Part shown: piece after piece, positions 26,959 to 36,885 of the stretch
Layout: the number at the start of each line of letters is the position of its first letter
Numbering within the stretch: the stretch's first letter is position 1
DNA from: an uncultured Lentimicrobiaceae bacterium
GTDB lineage: Bacteria > Bacteroidota > Bacteroidia > Bacteroidales > F082
DNA length: 64,000 bases
Direction of reading: 5' to 3'
Assembly: GCA_964418895.1 (NCBI GenBank)
Contig: CAYQND010000002.1
Coordinates: forward strand, 212,093 to 276,092
The notes under the pieces: model-generated
Told to the model about the DNA's origin: nothing
Database searches by the model: none
The model's input: only the letters and a program-made list of their open reading frames with translations
Position numbers and translations under genes: made by a program

Positions 26959-27789
26959 ATGTATAACCTGATCCGTTTTATACAAAAGCATAACTTCATC
27001 TTACTCTTCCTGTTGCTGGAAGTCGTGTGTATGGTGTTGCTCATGACAAGTCAGGGTTTCCATAAGCAAATCATTGTAAATCAGACTAATGATGTTGTTG
27101 GAAAACTTTATGAGACCGGCAGCAACGTCAGCGAATACTTCCACCTCAGAAGCATAAACCGTAAACTGGCTGACGAAAACGCCATGCTGCGCCAGCAACT
27201 CGCCGTGTCCATCGACACCAGCAGCACGGGTTGCGTGCTGAGCAACGAAGCAGATCACGACACCCTCTATAGGTACATTTCCGCCAGAGTCGTCAACAAC
27301 AGCATTAACCAGGTCAACAACTACATCACCATCAACAAGGGCAGAATGGATGGCATCAAGAAAGACATGGGCGTAATATCCTCCGACGGCATTGTCGGCG
27401 TGGTCTCCGATGTGAGTTCCCATTACGCCACCGTCCTCAGCCTGCTTCACAGTTATTCCGTGACCAGTGTGCGGTTCAAGAACAACCAGCATCTGGCCAA
27501 TCTGAAATGGGGAACCAACAACTTCCGCTACGGCACCATAGAAGACATCCCCACGCACATTCTTCTCAAGACTGGCGACACTGTTGTCACAAGTTGTTAT
27601 TCGTACATCTTCCCCGAAGACCTTATGGTGGGTACCATACAGAAGGTTATCGTGTCGCCCACAGGCGACTTGAACAAGGCCAAAATCAAATTCGCCACCA
27701 ACTTCTCAACGCTGAGGCAGGTTTTTGTCATCGAAAACAAAGCCCGACCGGAACTCGATTCACTGACGCAAAGGCTTCCCGACATATGA
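26959..27789 (+). CDS. mreC: rod shape-determining protein MreC
   Basis: N-terminal TM segment, a coiled-coil segment (LRSINRKLADENAMLRQQL), then a beta-rich domain. It sits between mreB and mreD. Confidence 0.85.
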   Translation: MYNLIRFIQKHNFILLFLLLEVVCMVLLMTSQGFHKQIIVNQTNDVVGKLYETGSNVSEYFHLRSINRKLADENAMLRQQLAVSIDTSSTGCVLSNEADHDTLYRYISARVVNNSINQVNNYITINKGRMDGIKKDMGVISSDGIVGVVSDVSSHYATVLSLLHSYSVTSVRFKNNQHLANLKWGTNNFRYGTIEDIPTHILLKTGDTVVTSCYSYIFPEDLMVGTIQKVIVSPTGDLNKAKIKFATNFSTLRQVFVIENKARPELDSLTQRLPDI

Positions 27790-28301
27790 ACAAGACTTTG
27801 GCAAACATAATCCGTTTCGTAGCGTTGGTGCTGGTTCAAGTCCTTGTGATAAACCACATCAGACTGGGAGGCTATGTGCAACCTTACGTGTACATTCTCT
27901 TTGTCATGCTGCTGCCGTTCAACATTCCCAAAACGCAACTTCTGCTGTTGGGATTTGCCACAGGCTTTGTCATCGACCTCTTCATGGGAACGCCCGGATT
28001 GCATGCCGGCGCCACTACCTTTATCGCATTTTGTAGGCCAAGCATCATAAAACTGGTTTCAGGGAGCCAGAAGTTCGAAAACATTCAATACCCTAACCTT
28101 AACCAAATCAATGGATTATGGTTTCTTAGATACACGTCCAGCATGGTAATAGTCCATCATCTGACCTTGTTTCTGCTCGAGACCTTCAGTTTCAGACTTT
28201 TAGGACAAACCCTGCTTCGTACCCTTCTTAGCGCTCCGGTTTCCATATTTCTCATTATGCTCATGCTTTACTTTTTCAAATCCGGAAAACAGAAAGACTA
28301 A
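27786..28301 (+). CDS. mreD: rod shape-determining protein MreD
   Basis: 171-aa polytopic membrane protein. The ATG overlaps the mreC stop (ATGA). The listed ORF from 27507 is an unsupported extension inside mreC. Confidence 0.8.
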   Translation: MNKTLANIIRFVALVLVQVLVINHIRLGGYVQPYVYILFVMLLPFNIPKTQLLLLGFATGFVIDLFMGTPGLHAGATTFIAFCRPSIIKLVSGSQKFENIQYPNLNQINGLWFLRYTSSMVIVHHLTLFLLETFSFRLLGQTLLRTLLSAPVSIFLIMLMLYFFKSGKQKD

Positions 28302-28327
28302 TCAATAACAATTCAAATTCCATTCAA

Positions 28328-29419
28328 ATGAAAAGAAATTTAATATTGCTTTTGGCTCTTGCCATGGCTTTTGCTTCCTGCCAAAGGAAACCGAAAGAAT
28401 TCAAGGTAAATGTCAGCCTCACCAATGCTGACCAAACCATGATTTATCTTCAGAAATATGCCGATAAGGATTTTGTCGTCATCGACTCCGCCACTATCGT
28501 TGAAGGCGCTGCCACACTGACGGCTCCCATCGAGGACATCCAGACATTGTATTCGCTGCGCGTGAAAGACGTTCAGGGTGCGATGCCATTCTTCGCCGAC
28601 AATAAGGACGTGTCCATCATCGGTGACCTGAAAAATCCGCGTGACATCAAGATCATTGCCTCGGAAACTCAAACCAAACTCGATGACTTCAGACAGCAAT
28701 TCGCCGCGTTCTACGATCAGGTGGAGCCGCTCTATCAAATGATGGAACAGGCCTACAACAGCGGTGACTCCATTGCTTTGGACTCGATAAATAAGGTCGG
28801 TGATTCCCTGCTGAAAGCACAGGGCGATTTCAGAGACAACTTCATCAGAAACGACTCGACATTCTTGGGCCATTACCTGCTCGATGAAGCCAAAGAAGAC
28901 TATCCGCTCAACGAACTGAAAGCCTTCGTGGCTGGGTTTGGGACCAAGAACACTTCCATCTTCCTCGACGAAATCAATACTTACATCGCCGACATGGAGA
29001 AACTCGAAATTGGACAACCATACATCGACTTCGCATTGCAGACCGCTGACGGCAAAGACGTCTCCTTGTCGGAGAGCATCGGCAAAAACAAACTGACACT
29101 CGTCGATTTCTGGGCTTCGTGGTGCAATCCTTGCCGTGCCGAAAATCCCAATGTCCTTGCCGCTTACAACAAATTCCACGACAAAGGTTTCGACGTTATC
29201 GGCGTGTCGGTGGACCAGAAGCCCGAAGATTGGACAAAAGCCGTGGCCGACGACCATCTGCCATGGACACAAGTCCGCGATACCGACCACAGCGTCAGCG
29301 ACAAATACCTTATTTATTACATTCCGAGCAACTTCCTCTTCGATCAGAACGGCAAAATTGTGGCCAAGAATCTGAAAGGGGAAGAACTTCAGGCCAAATT
29401 AGCCGAAATCCTTAAATAA
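28328..29419 (+). CDS. TlpA-family thiol:disulfide oxidoreductase lipoprotein (N-terminal DUF4369-like domain)
   Basis: Lipobox LAMAFASC and thioredoxin-fold active site WASWCNPC. Confidence 0.85.
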   Translation: MKRNLILLLALAMAFASCQRKPKEFKVNVSLTNADQTMIYLQKYADKDFVVIDSATIVEGAATLTAPIEDIQTLYSLRVKDVQGAMPFFADNKDVSIIGDLKNPRDIKIIASETQTKLDDFRQQFAAFYDQVEPLYQMMEQAYNSGDSIALDSINKVGDSLLKAQGDFRDNFIRNDSTFLGHYLLDEAKEDYPLNELKAFVAGFGTKNTSIFLDEINTYIADMEKLEIGQPYIDFALQTADGKDVSLSESIGKNKLTLVDFWASWCNPCRAENPNVLAAYNKFHDKGFDVIGVSVDQKPEDWTKAVADDHLPWTQVRDTDHSVSDKYLIYYIPSNFLFDQNGKIVAKNLKGEELQAKLAEILK

Positions 29420-29434
29420 CACAATATCACGACA

Positions 29435-30532
29435 ATGAAACGCATCATCCTGTTTTGCGTCATAGCCCTGCTGGCAACGGCTTGCAACAATACCAAGCCT
29501 TCCTTCAAGGTCACTGTGAACCTCGCCAATGCTGATGGCTCCATGGTTTATCTGCTCAAAGACTCCGGCACGGAAGCCGTAAAGATTGACTCAGTGACTA
29601 TCGACAATGGCACTGCTGTCTTCCAAGTTCCGGTTGCCGCCGACAACGAGATGTATTCCATCACGACCGAAGGTTTCCGCCGTCCGCTGTCATTCTTCAC
29701 CGACAACAAGGACGTCATCATTAGCGGTGACAAACAGAAACCGAATGACATCGAAATCCAGGCCTCGGAGACGCAACAGCGCCTCAACGCTTTCACGAAG
29801 GACTTCAACGCCTTCGACCAGCAACTCGATTCCATCAGCGCGCTCATCAAGCAGGCCCAAGACGCCAACGATATCGTGGCCAAAGGAAAACTCGACACAG
29901 CCTATCTCGACAAGGAAGAAGAGCAGAAGATGTTCTGTTTCAACTATATCTGGGACAACAAGAGCGATGTGGTTTCACATTATCTGCTGTACCGCTACAA
30001 ATGGGCTTTCGGTCCTTGCGAGATTCATTACATGATTGACAACCTCGACACTCTGGTGACATCGGGCAACCTCGACAAGGTGAAAGCCTACGTCGCCGCG
30101 CTCGACCGCGTCAGCGAAGGACAGCCTTATCTCGATTTCACCCAGAACGACGTCAACGGCAATCCCGTGACTTTGTCGCAACTCGCCGGCGGAACGAAAC
30201 TTCTTCTTGTAGACTTCTGGGCGTCGTGGTGCCCCGACTGCCGCAAGGAAAATCCTAACGTGGTGGCCGCATACAACAAATATCACGAACAAGGTTTCGA
30301 CGTTCTCGGCGTTTCGTTCGACACTGACAAGGAAGCCTGGAAGGCTGCCATCACCAAAGACGGTCTTGTCTGGAATCAGGTTTCCGATCTTCAAGGCTGG
30401 AACAATGCTGCTGGCGGACTGTATTCAATCGCTTTCATTCCACAAAACGTCCTTCTCAAAGATGGTGTCATCGTCGCAAGAAACCTTTCAGGCGATGCCT
30501 TGATGACCAGCGTGGAGGAAAACCTGAAATAA
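29435..30532 (+). CDS. TlpA-family thiol:disulfide oxidoreductase lipoprotein (paralogue)
   Basis: Lipobox LLATAC and active site WASWCPDC. It has the same architecture as the upstream gene. Confidence 0.85.
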   Translation: MKRIILFCVIALLATACNNTKPSFKVTVNLANADGSMVYLLKDSGTEAVKIDSVTIDNGTAVFQVPVAADNEMYSITTEGFRRPLSFFTDNKDVIISGDKQKPNDIEIQASETQQRLNAFTKDFNAFDQQLDSISALIKQAQDANDIVAKGKLDTAYLDKEEEQKMFCFNYIWDNKSDVVSHYLLYRYKWAFGPCEIHYMIDNLDTLVTSGNLDKVKAYVAALDRVSEGQPYLDFTQNDVNGNPVTLSQLAGGTKLLLVDFWASWCPDCRKENPNVVAAYNKYHEQGFDVLGVSFDTDKEAWKAAITKDGLVWNQVSDLQGWNNAAGGLYSIAFIPQNVLLKDGVIVARNLSGDALMTSVEENLK

Positions 30533-30565
30533 GCCGCCATTTATGGCATAAGTTTTTGTGACAAT

Positions 30566-30600
30566 AGTCCTCGAAATCCGTTTCGGGGACTATTTTTTTT
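30566..30600 (+). terminator. rho-independent terminator
   Basis: AGTCCTCGAAA-TCCG-TTTCGGGGACT hairpin with one G-U pair, followed by 8 T. Confidence 0.7.
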
Positions 30601-30709
30601 GCATCTGCAAAATGATGATGCATTGCCGACTATTGTCGGGAATTAGGAAGTCATTATGGCCGTCTCTAATGCTGAAGCCAAATTGGAATACCCACTTTGT
30701 GGGATGTCC

Positions 30710-31081
30710 TCATGCCCTCAACATCCGTCCACGCCGCTTTACGATGTCTGACATGTTGTCCTGAGCCCAACCGATAAGTGCGTTGATGTGAGGTATCAGG
30801 GTCTCCGCTTTCTGCGTGAGCGAGTATTCCACCTTTGGCGGCACTTCGGGATAGATTGTCCGTTTCACAAGACCGTCCACTTCCAGCGTTCGCAAGGTGG
30901 CGGTGAGCATCTTTTGCGAGATGTCGGGAATTGATTTCTGCAAGGCGTTGAAGCGCATCACGCCGCTCCCATTCAGCGTGAAAAGAACGAGCATCGACCA
31001 TTTGTCACTGATGCGCGAAAGGACGTTCCTGATGGGACAATCCGGAAACATTGCATCTCTGTCTGTTATAAGTTTAGTCAT
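30710..31081 (-). CDS. HxlR-family winged-helix transcriptional regulator
   Basis: CPIRNVLSRISDKWSMLVLFTL...VEYSLT is the typical HxlR pattern. Confidence 0.88.
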   Translation of the reverse strand: MTKLITDRDAMFPDCPIRNVLSRISDKWSMLVLFTLNGSGVMRFNALQKSIPDISQKMLTATLRTLEVDGLVKRTIYPEVPPKVEYSLTQKAETLIPHINALIGWAQDNMSDIVKRRGRMLRA

Positions 31082-31104
31082 GTTACTTTTTATTATTACA
31101 CTAC

Positions 31105-31112
31105 AAAAGTAA
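31105..31112 (-). promoter_or_regulatory. -7 promoter box (minus strand TACTTTTG)
   Basis: The + strand reads CAAAAGTA, 23 nt upstream of the HxlR ATG. Confidence 0.4.
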
Positions 31113-31268
31113 GTAATATTATTTTATAATGTAATTTCGGTCAATATTTTTCTACAAAAAAATAATTGAAAAATTATCACGTGATAATACATTGAAATTC
31201 AACAATGGTAACCTGTAAGTGCCTATGCCACTTTTAGGTGCCTTCTTGCGTGGTATTTTCAAACGATC

Positions 31269-31276
31269 TATTTTTG
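31269..31276 (+). promoter_or_regulatory. -7 promoter box TATTTTTG
   Basis: 56 nt upstream of the cupin ATG at 31333, in the region divergent from the HxlR gene. Confidence 0.35.
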
Positions 31277-31332
31277 CAGCGTCAAAAGGATATTAGATTA
31301 CTTTTTTATACTAACATTAAAAACAACACATA

Positions 31333-31686
31333 ATGGAAAACTTTCAAAAAATCAGCGTGGAGAAAGAAGCCCGCTTAGAATTGCACGACAAACTCAATCT
31401 GACTGGCGCAGAAGTATCAATCAACAACATTCCGGCAGGTGCTGGAGTTCCCTTCGTGCACCATCATCAGAATAACGAAGAACTTTACGCCATCCTTTCT
31501 GGTCGCGGCAGTTTCGTTATCGATGGAGAAACAATTGAGTTGAATGCTGGAGACTGGATTCGCGTTTCACCTGCTGCAAAACGTCAAATTTCCGCCGCTG
31601 CCGACAGTTCTATCAGTTTCATCTGCATCCAGACAAAGGCAGGTTCCCTCGAAGGGTATACAAATACCGACGCCGTTCTTGACTAA
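31333..31686 (+). CDS. cupin domain protein
   Basis: GAGVPFVHHHQNNEELYAILSG...GDWIRV fits the two cupin motifs. Confidence 0.8.
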   Translation: MENFQKISVEKEARLELHDKLNLTGAEVSINNIPAGAGVPFVHHHQNNEELYAILSGRGSFVIDGETIELNAGDWIRVSPAAKRQISAAADSSISFICIQTKAGSLEGYTNTDAVLD

Positions 31687-31980
31687 CTCATCATCAAGCC
31701 TTCAGACCAGACACATCATCAATTCGTGATAGTTTGGTTTGAAGGCTATTTTATCATGCATTTGAGCCGATTACCAATACTAATCGGCTCAAAAATTATA
31801 TATGGTTGCGCCGAATAGTATTTTTAGACAAAGCGGAATATGCATAATTGGCTCTTGGAATAAATTGTGTAGAAATACATCACAAACTCATTCTTTATAA
31901 AAATACTATGAATCAATATGTTGTAAATTTCTTTAATGTGTGTTTTTAACCACAAAAGAATTATTTCAAACAATAAAGTT

Positions 31981-31988
31981 TATATTTG
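31981..31988 (+). promoter_or_regulatory. -7 promoter box TATATTTG
   Basis: This is the only TAnnTTTG match in the AT-rich gap. It lies 136 nt upstream of the small ORF at 32125 and ~270 nt upstream of the 462-aa gene. Confidence 0.3.
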
Positions 31989-32124
31989 CAGTCAAACAAA
32001 TGTATTGTAGAACCAAATTATCAACCATTAGAAATCTTCAACTAACGTTTCAAAGCATTTGTTAAGTAGGTGTTCATCACCAACGGCAAATACTACTACG
32101 GAACAAAAATAAAGGATACTTGCG

Positions 32125-32262
32125 ATGGCTTTCAGTTCAATATGCACGAAGGTCGCCATGAAGAAACATCCGAGCGGTCTATATAAAATTACGGTCCTCA
32201 TGATGTTGTTCTTCTCCGGCATTACGACATCGGCTTTGGGGTTGATAATCAGTTTTGAATGA
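32125..32262 (+). CDS. candidate small membrane protein (45 codons; below the ORF-track cut-off)
   Basis: Hand translation gives MAFSSICTKVAMKKHPSGLYKITVLMMLFFSGITTSALGLIISFE*, with one clear TM helix. Its TGA overlaps the ATG at 32259 of the next ORF (ATGA). I see no homology. Confidence 0.3.
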   Translation: MAFSSICTKVAMKKHPSGLYKITVLMMLFFSGITTSALGLIISFE

Positions 32263-33647
32263 CTAATTTGAAAAGAGAAGGGAACATCATTATGAGAAAA
32301 ACAAGATTTTACAAATCATCCACACCAAGTTCTTATAAAAACGTAGTCTATTTCTTATTCGGGGCAGTTGGAATATTCATGCTGTTGCAGTCTTGTCAGG
32401 GAAATTCCAACCAAGCAACAGCGTCGGCAGATGCTGATTATGAGAATTTGTGCTCGACCTATGAAGATGCCAATTCCAAAATTAAAAGCATTGAAGAAGG
32501 GTGTACGCCTAACGATTTACAATCATTGGAGCAAACCATAAAGAAACTTCACTTTAATTATAACGAAGAAGAGATACCTGAAGAGAAACTGAATTCTTAC
32601 AAAAAGAAAGCGCACGCCATAGATTCATTGCGAGAGACATTGAATGATCAATTGGATGAGATAGTGCCCCAATTGAAACTGAAATACAAATCTGTTTCCG
32701 ATACATTGGTGGCGGCGCCAGGAACAGAATATGCTGTTTTCTTGATGCGTGGCGATACGCTGTTTGTGGATTTTGAGGGCGAGGAACCTACAAAGTTGAA
32801 TGTGCTTAATGCGGACAGTGAGAAGAACATAGCCAGTTATTCAAAGAAAAGCGAATATCATTTCAAAACGGCCATACGAAATTCAGCCGTGTATTTGATA
32901 GAGATAAAAACACCCCAAACGCAATATATCAATTTGGACATAGCCAAAAAGAATCCGGAACATGATAAACTGATGGCAACAATGGATGTAATTACGACTA
33001 TAGATTCTGCCGGAGTTGGTGATTTTCATGCAAAGGAAACGCAGACGGTCAAGATGAAGAATCTGTTTATGAATCCACGGAAAATATCTTTAAGAAGCAA
33101 TCTCAAGTCAGCGTTTTCCGGTAGCAATCGTTCTGTTGTGGCGCTGCAATTGCCAAAAGGAAGTTTGAATGTGGTGTATCAGTTGCGGATTTCAACAAGC
33201 AAGTCCAATCAAGGTTCAGACGGCGATTTTTTTGACAGAGCCAAGGAGTCGTACAGAGAAATTAAGTTTTTGGGACTGCCTATTTATGAGTCTACCAAAG
33301 AAGGAAATAGCGTTATTCGCGAATTGCTTGGTTACCTTACTGATCCTCCCAAGGAAGAGGATGCTTACTGTGACATGTATGTGTTTCATAGTCAAAGTGA
33401 GGCAAAGAGATTCCAGGATCACAAACCAGTTACTGAATTGAAATACGATGTAGATTTGTCCACGATTGGAACTCAGTCGTGCACCAATTGTATGGATGTA
33501 AAAGGAAGTAATACGCTCTACTTGGGATTCGAAAATAGTCATACGACAAAAGATGTGTATGTCTGGTTGGAGGCTTTGGCTACAACTAAATCCAAAGAAT
33601 ATTACCGTTGTTACTACACATCAGTTTATAAAGAGTCGGAAGAGTGA
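32259..33647 (+). CDS. hypothetical lipoprotein (orphan, AT-rich)
   Basis: Long clean ORF with a lipobox-like FMLLQSC after a basic N-terminus. An alternative start is MRKTRF at 32292. No recognisable domain. Confidence 0.7.
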   Translation: MTNLKREGNIIMRKTRFYKSSTPSSYKNVVYFLFGAVGIFMLLQSCQGNSNQATASADADYENLCSTYEDANSKIKSIEEGCTPNDLQSLEQTIKKLHFNYNEEEIPEEKLNSYKKKAHAIDSLRETLNDQLDEIVPQLKLKYKSVSDTLVAAPGTEYAVFLMRGDTLFVDFEGEEPTKLNVLNADSEKNIASYSKKSEYHFKTAIRNSAVYLIEIKTPQTQYINLDIAKKNPEHDKLMATMDVITTIDSAGVGDFHAKETQTVKMKNLFMNPRKISLRSNLKSAFSGSNRSVVALQLPKGSLNVVYQLRISTSKSNQGSDGDFFDRAKESYREIKFLGLPIYESTKEGNSVIRELLGYLTDPPKEEDAYCDMYVFHSQSEAKRFQDHKPVTELKYDVDLSTIGTQSCTNCMDVKGSNTLYLGFENSHTTKDVYVWLEALATTKSKEYYRCYYTSVYKESEE

Positions 33648-33806
33648 TGTAAGTCAGAGAACACAGCATGGCGCTGGACGCAGCATGCACTGTCTGTAGA
33701 TTTTATAAAGACTCTGTTTGTATATTTGACTTTGTTTCCCACCTGTTGAACTTGCTGTTTTTCCATGTGTTTCATGGGGTTATGTACAAGGGAATGAAAT
33801 TTTTCG

Positions 33807-33814
33807 TACCTTTG
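33807..33814 (+). promoter_or_regulatory. -7 promoter box TACCTTTG
   Basis: 60 nt upstream of the EF-G paralogue ATG at 33875. Confidence 0.4.
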
Positions 33815-33874
33815 CAAACCGAAAAACTATCCGTATAACTTCTTGTTATACATTATAAATCAATCAATTAAATA

Positions 33875-35947
33875 ATGAGTCAGAACATTTCTAAACTTAG
33901 AAATATCGGTATTGCTGCCCATATCGATGCAGGTAAGACCACGGTATCCGAACGAATCCTGTTTTTTACCGGTGTAAACCGCAAGGTTGGTGAGACGCAC
34001 GACGGTGCCGCCACCATGGATTTCATGAAACAGGAACAGGAACGTGGCATCACCATCGCTTCGGCGGCTATCACCACACATTGGAACGATTATCAGATCA
34101 ATCTTATCGATACTCCCGGTCACGTGGATTTCACCGTTGAGGTGGAGCGTTCGCTTCGCGTCATCGACGGCATGGTGGCTGTATTTTGCGCCGTCGGCGG
34201 CGTCGAGCCGCAAAGCGAGACGGTGTGGAACCAGGCCGACAAATACCGCGTGCCCCGCATCGCTTTCGTGAACAAGATGGACCGCACCGGTGCCGACTTC
34301 AACGAAGCGGTTGCGCAAATGAACCGTTATCTCGGTGCCAACGCCGTGCCGCTGCACCTTCCCATTGGGGTCGAGGCTTCTTTCGAAGGCATGGTGGACC
34401 TTGTCAACATGAATGCCGTCCTTTTCAAAGACAAGGAAAGAATTGTCGGACCCATTCCCGAAGCCATTATGGAACAGGCTCAGGCTGCCCGCCATAACCT
34501 TATCGAGAAGGTCGCTGACCTTGATGACGATGTCGCCGAACTTTATCTCGACGATGCCGAAATCCCTGTCGATTTGCTGATGTCGGCCATCCGCAAAGCC
34601 ACCATCAAGTTGATGATGGTCCCGGTACTTTGTGGTGCCGCATACAAGAACAAAGGAATCCAACTCCTGCTTGACGCCATCGTCGATTACCTGCCTTCTC
34701 CGAAAGACATCGGCGCTGTCATCGCGCACGACCCCGACAACGAAGAAAAGACCTATCAGCGCATTCCTTCCGACAACGAACCTTTTACAGCACTTGCTTT
34801 CAAACTCATCAACGACCCGTTTGTCGGTCAGCAGACCTTCATCCGTATCTTCAGTGGCAAACTGGTCAACGGCATGAGCATCTACAACACCAACAAGGGC
34901 AAGAATGAGCGCGTGGGACGTATATTCCGCATCAAGGCCAAGGAACGTGAGGAAATTCAAGAGGCCGGCGCAGGCGAAATCGTTTCCCTCGTAGGCATGA
35001 AATACACCAAGACAGGCGACACGCTCTGCGATGAGAAGAGTCCCGTCCTTCTGGAATCCATACAGATACCGCCTTCCGTCATTGAAATGAAGGTGAACCT
35101 TAGCGACAAGAACAACCGCAACAAATTAGGCGAAGCCTTGTCGAAACTTTGCAATGAAGATCCTTCTTTCCGCGCCCATTACGACGAGGAAACCGAGGAA
35201 ACCATCATTGCAGGTATGGGTGAACTTCATCTTGAAATCATCGTCGACCGTCTGAAAGAGGAATTCAAGGTTCCTGTCACCGTCGGCGAGCCTTCCGTCT
35301 CCTTCCGCGAGACCATCACCGCTCCGTTTGAATGCAACTACAGGTATGTCAAGCAGACCGGCGGCAAGGGACAGTATGCCCATACCGTCATCCGTTTTGA
35401 GCCGAATCCGGGCAAAGGCTTCGAGTTTGTCGATGTCACCAAGGGCGGCGTCATTCCTAAGGAATACATACCTTCGGTGCAGAAAGGTCTGGCAGCTTCT
35501 ATGGCGAAAGGTCCTTTTGCCGGTTATCCCGTCATCGATGTCAAGTGTGTCCTTCTTGACGGTAGTTTCCATCCTGTGGACTCAAGCGACATGGCATTCC
35601 AGGTCTGCGCCCAGATGTGTTTCAAACAGGCGTTCATGAAAGCCAACCCGGTGATTTTGGAGCCAATGATGAAAGTGGAGATCAACACTCCGGACGACTA
35701 TATCGGAAACGTCACTGGCGATGTCAACAAACGCCGCGGCCGTATCGAAGCCATGCGCCGTTTCAGAAAGGGATCGCAGAAACTCGACGCTTTCATTCCG
35801 CTTATGGAACTCTTCGGCTATGCCACGGCATTGCGTAACCTTACATCAGGACGCGCCAACTACTCCATGGAGTTTTACCAGTACACGCCTACGCCAAAGG
35901 ACAAGCAGGAAGAAATTGTCAAAACGCGTAACGAACGAAATCAGTGA
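33875..35947 (+). CDS. elongation factor G family protein (stand-alone paralogue)
   Basis: G1 [10 protein letters not shown]2 RGITI, G3 DTPGHVDF and G4 NKMD, followed by domains II-V over 690 aa. No rpsL/rpsG lie upstream and no tuf downstream. Confidence 0.92.
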   Translation: MSQNISKLRNIGIAAHIDAGKTTVSERILFFTGVNRKVGETHDGAATMDFMKQEQERGITIASAAITTHWNDYQINLIDTPGHVDFTVEVERSLRVIDGMVAVFCAVGGVEPQSETVWNQADKYRVPRIAFVNKMDRTGADFNEAVAQMNRYLGANAVPLHLPIGVEASFEGMVDLVNMNAVLFKDKERIVGPIPEAIMEQAQAARHNLIEKVADLDDDVAELYLDDAEIPVDLLMSAIRKATIKLMMVPVLCGAAYKNKGIQLLLDAIVDYLPSPKDIGAVIAHDPDNEEKTYQRIPSDNEPFTALAFKLINDPFVGQQTFIRIFSGKLVNGMSIYNTNKGKNERVGRIFRIKAKEREEIQEAGAGEIVSLVGMKYTKTGDTLCDEKSPVLLESIQIPPSVIEMKVNLSDKNNRNKLGEALSKLCNEDPSFRAHYDEETEETIIAGMGELHLEIIVDRLKEEFKVPVTVGEPSVSFRETITAPFECNYRYVKQTGGKGQYAHTVIRFEPNPGKGFEFVDVTKGGVIPKEYIPSVQKGLAASMAKGPFAGYPVIDVKCVLLDGSFHPVDSSDMAFQVCAQMCFKQAFMKANPVILEPMMKVEINTPDDYIGNVTGDVNKRRGRIEAMRRFRKGSQKLDAFIPLMELFGYATALRNLTSGRANYSMEFYQYTPTPKDKQEEIVKTRNERNQ

Positions 35948-36875
35948 TAGCCTCTTCCAGCGGGATCTGTCCGAGTGACAGTTCCCGCCGGGCTTTCGCG
36001 TTGTCGTAGTATTCCATCACGCATAACTGACGCGTGTTGCGGAGGCTGACTTGTGTGCGGAGCCCTAATTTTTCCAACGCGTCACCGCAACATCCTATTC
36101 CATTTATCATCCAGTCGGGCAATCTGATTAGCCACTGACGATAGCCGCAGACTTTTTTCTGAAGTCTGTAGAAGTCGTAAAGCGAAAGATTGTAGTTGCC
36201 GACGAAATAACGTTCGCCGTTGCTGCCATGGCTTAAGGCTTCGACGGCTGCTGCCGCCACGTCTTTGACGTGAATGAAGCATTTTCCTCCCTTCGGCGTG
36301 AGCATTATTGGTTTGCGATAGGCTGACATGATGAGTCTTCCTGAACTGGGTTTGGTGTCGAAAGCGCCTAACATGAAACCAGGGTTAAGAATGACGATGT
36401 GTTTGCCGGAACTGGCGTAGTCCATGAACAGTTGTTCCGCTCGGGCTTTGGTCTGCGCGTAGTACGATTCCGTGAAGGGAAACTCCATCGGAGCGTTCTC
36501 GTCGGCCGACTTTTCAGGTGTTCCGTATCCGATGGTGTTCGCCGTGCTGATGAAAACGATGGTGTCGATGCCAAGGGTGTCGGCAACTTTGATGACGTTT
36601 TGCGAGCCGCCGACGTTGACTCTTGCGAACTCGTCGTATGACAAGGCCATATCTGTCGCTGCGGCGGCGTGGATGATGGCCTCACAGCCTGTTGCAGCAG
36701 CACGTAATTCCTCGTAATTCAGAAAATCGCCTTTCATTACCTGAAGGTGAGCATCTTGAATTTTCATCGTTTCGGGTCGCCTCACTATGGCTTGCACTTC
36801 GTGTCCCCGATCGATGAGTGCGCCGATGAGGTTGTGTCCCAGAAAACCGTTGCCACCTGTGAGGAGTATCCGCAT
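35919..36875 (-). CDS. NAD-dependent epimerase/dehydratase (extended SDR) family protein
   Basis: [16 protein letters not shown] is a Rossmann GxxGxxG motif, and YAQTK fits YxxxK. The 3' end overlaps the EF-G gene by 29 nt. Confidence 0.85.
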   Translation of the reverse strand: MRILLTGGNGFLGHNLIGALIDRGHEVQAIVRRPETMKIQDAHLQVMKGDFLNYEELRAAATGCEAIIHAAAATDMALSYDEFARVNVGGSQNVIKVADTLGIDTIVFISTANTIGYGTPEKSADENAPMEFPFTESYYAQTKARAEQLFMDYASSGKHIVILNPGFMLGAFDTKPSSGRLIMSAYRKPIMLTPKGGKCFIHVKDVAAAAVEALSHGSNGERYFVGNYNLSLYDFYRLQKKVCGYRQWLIRLPDWMINGIGCCGDALEKLGLRTQVSLRNTRQLCVMEYYDNAKARRELSLGQIPLEEAITDFVRYAF

Positions 36876-36885
36876 AATTGGTATC

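Noticed and set aside
28340-29290. A 316-aa minus-strand ORF.
   Set aside because: It is antisense to the first TlpA-like gene, which has a lipobox and a CxxC motif. I see no independent support for it.
30558-31001. Small ORFs (68 and 111 aa) around the terminator and the 3' end of the HxlR gene.
   Set aside because: One spans the terminator hairpin, and the other is an out-of-frame ORF on the same strand overlapping the HxlR gene. Neither has a promoter box or any recognisable motif.
33860-34960. A 366-aa minus-strand ORF.
   Set aside because: It is antisense to the EF-G paralogue G domain, which has perfect GTPase motifs on the + strand.
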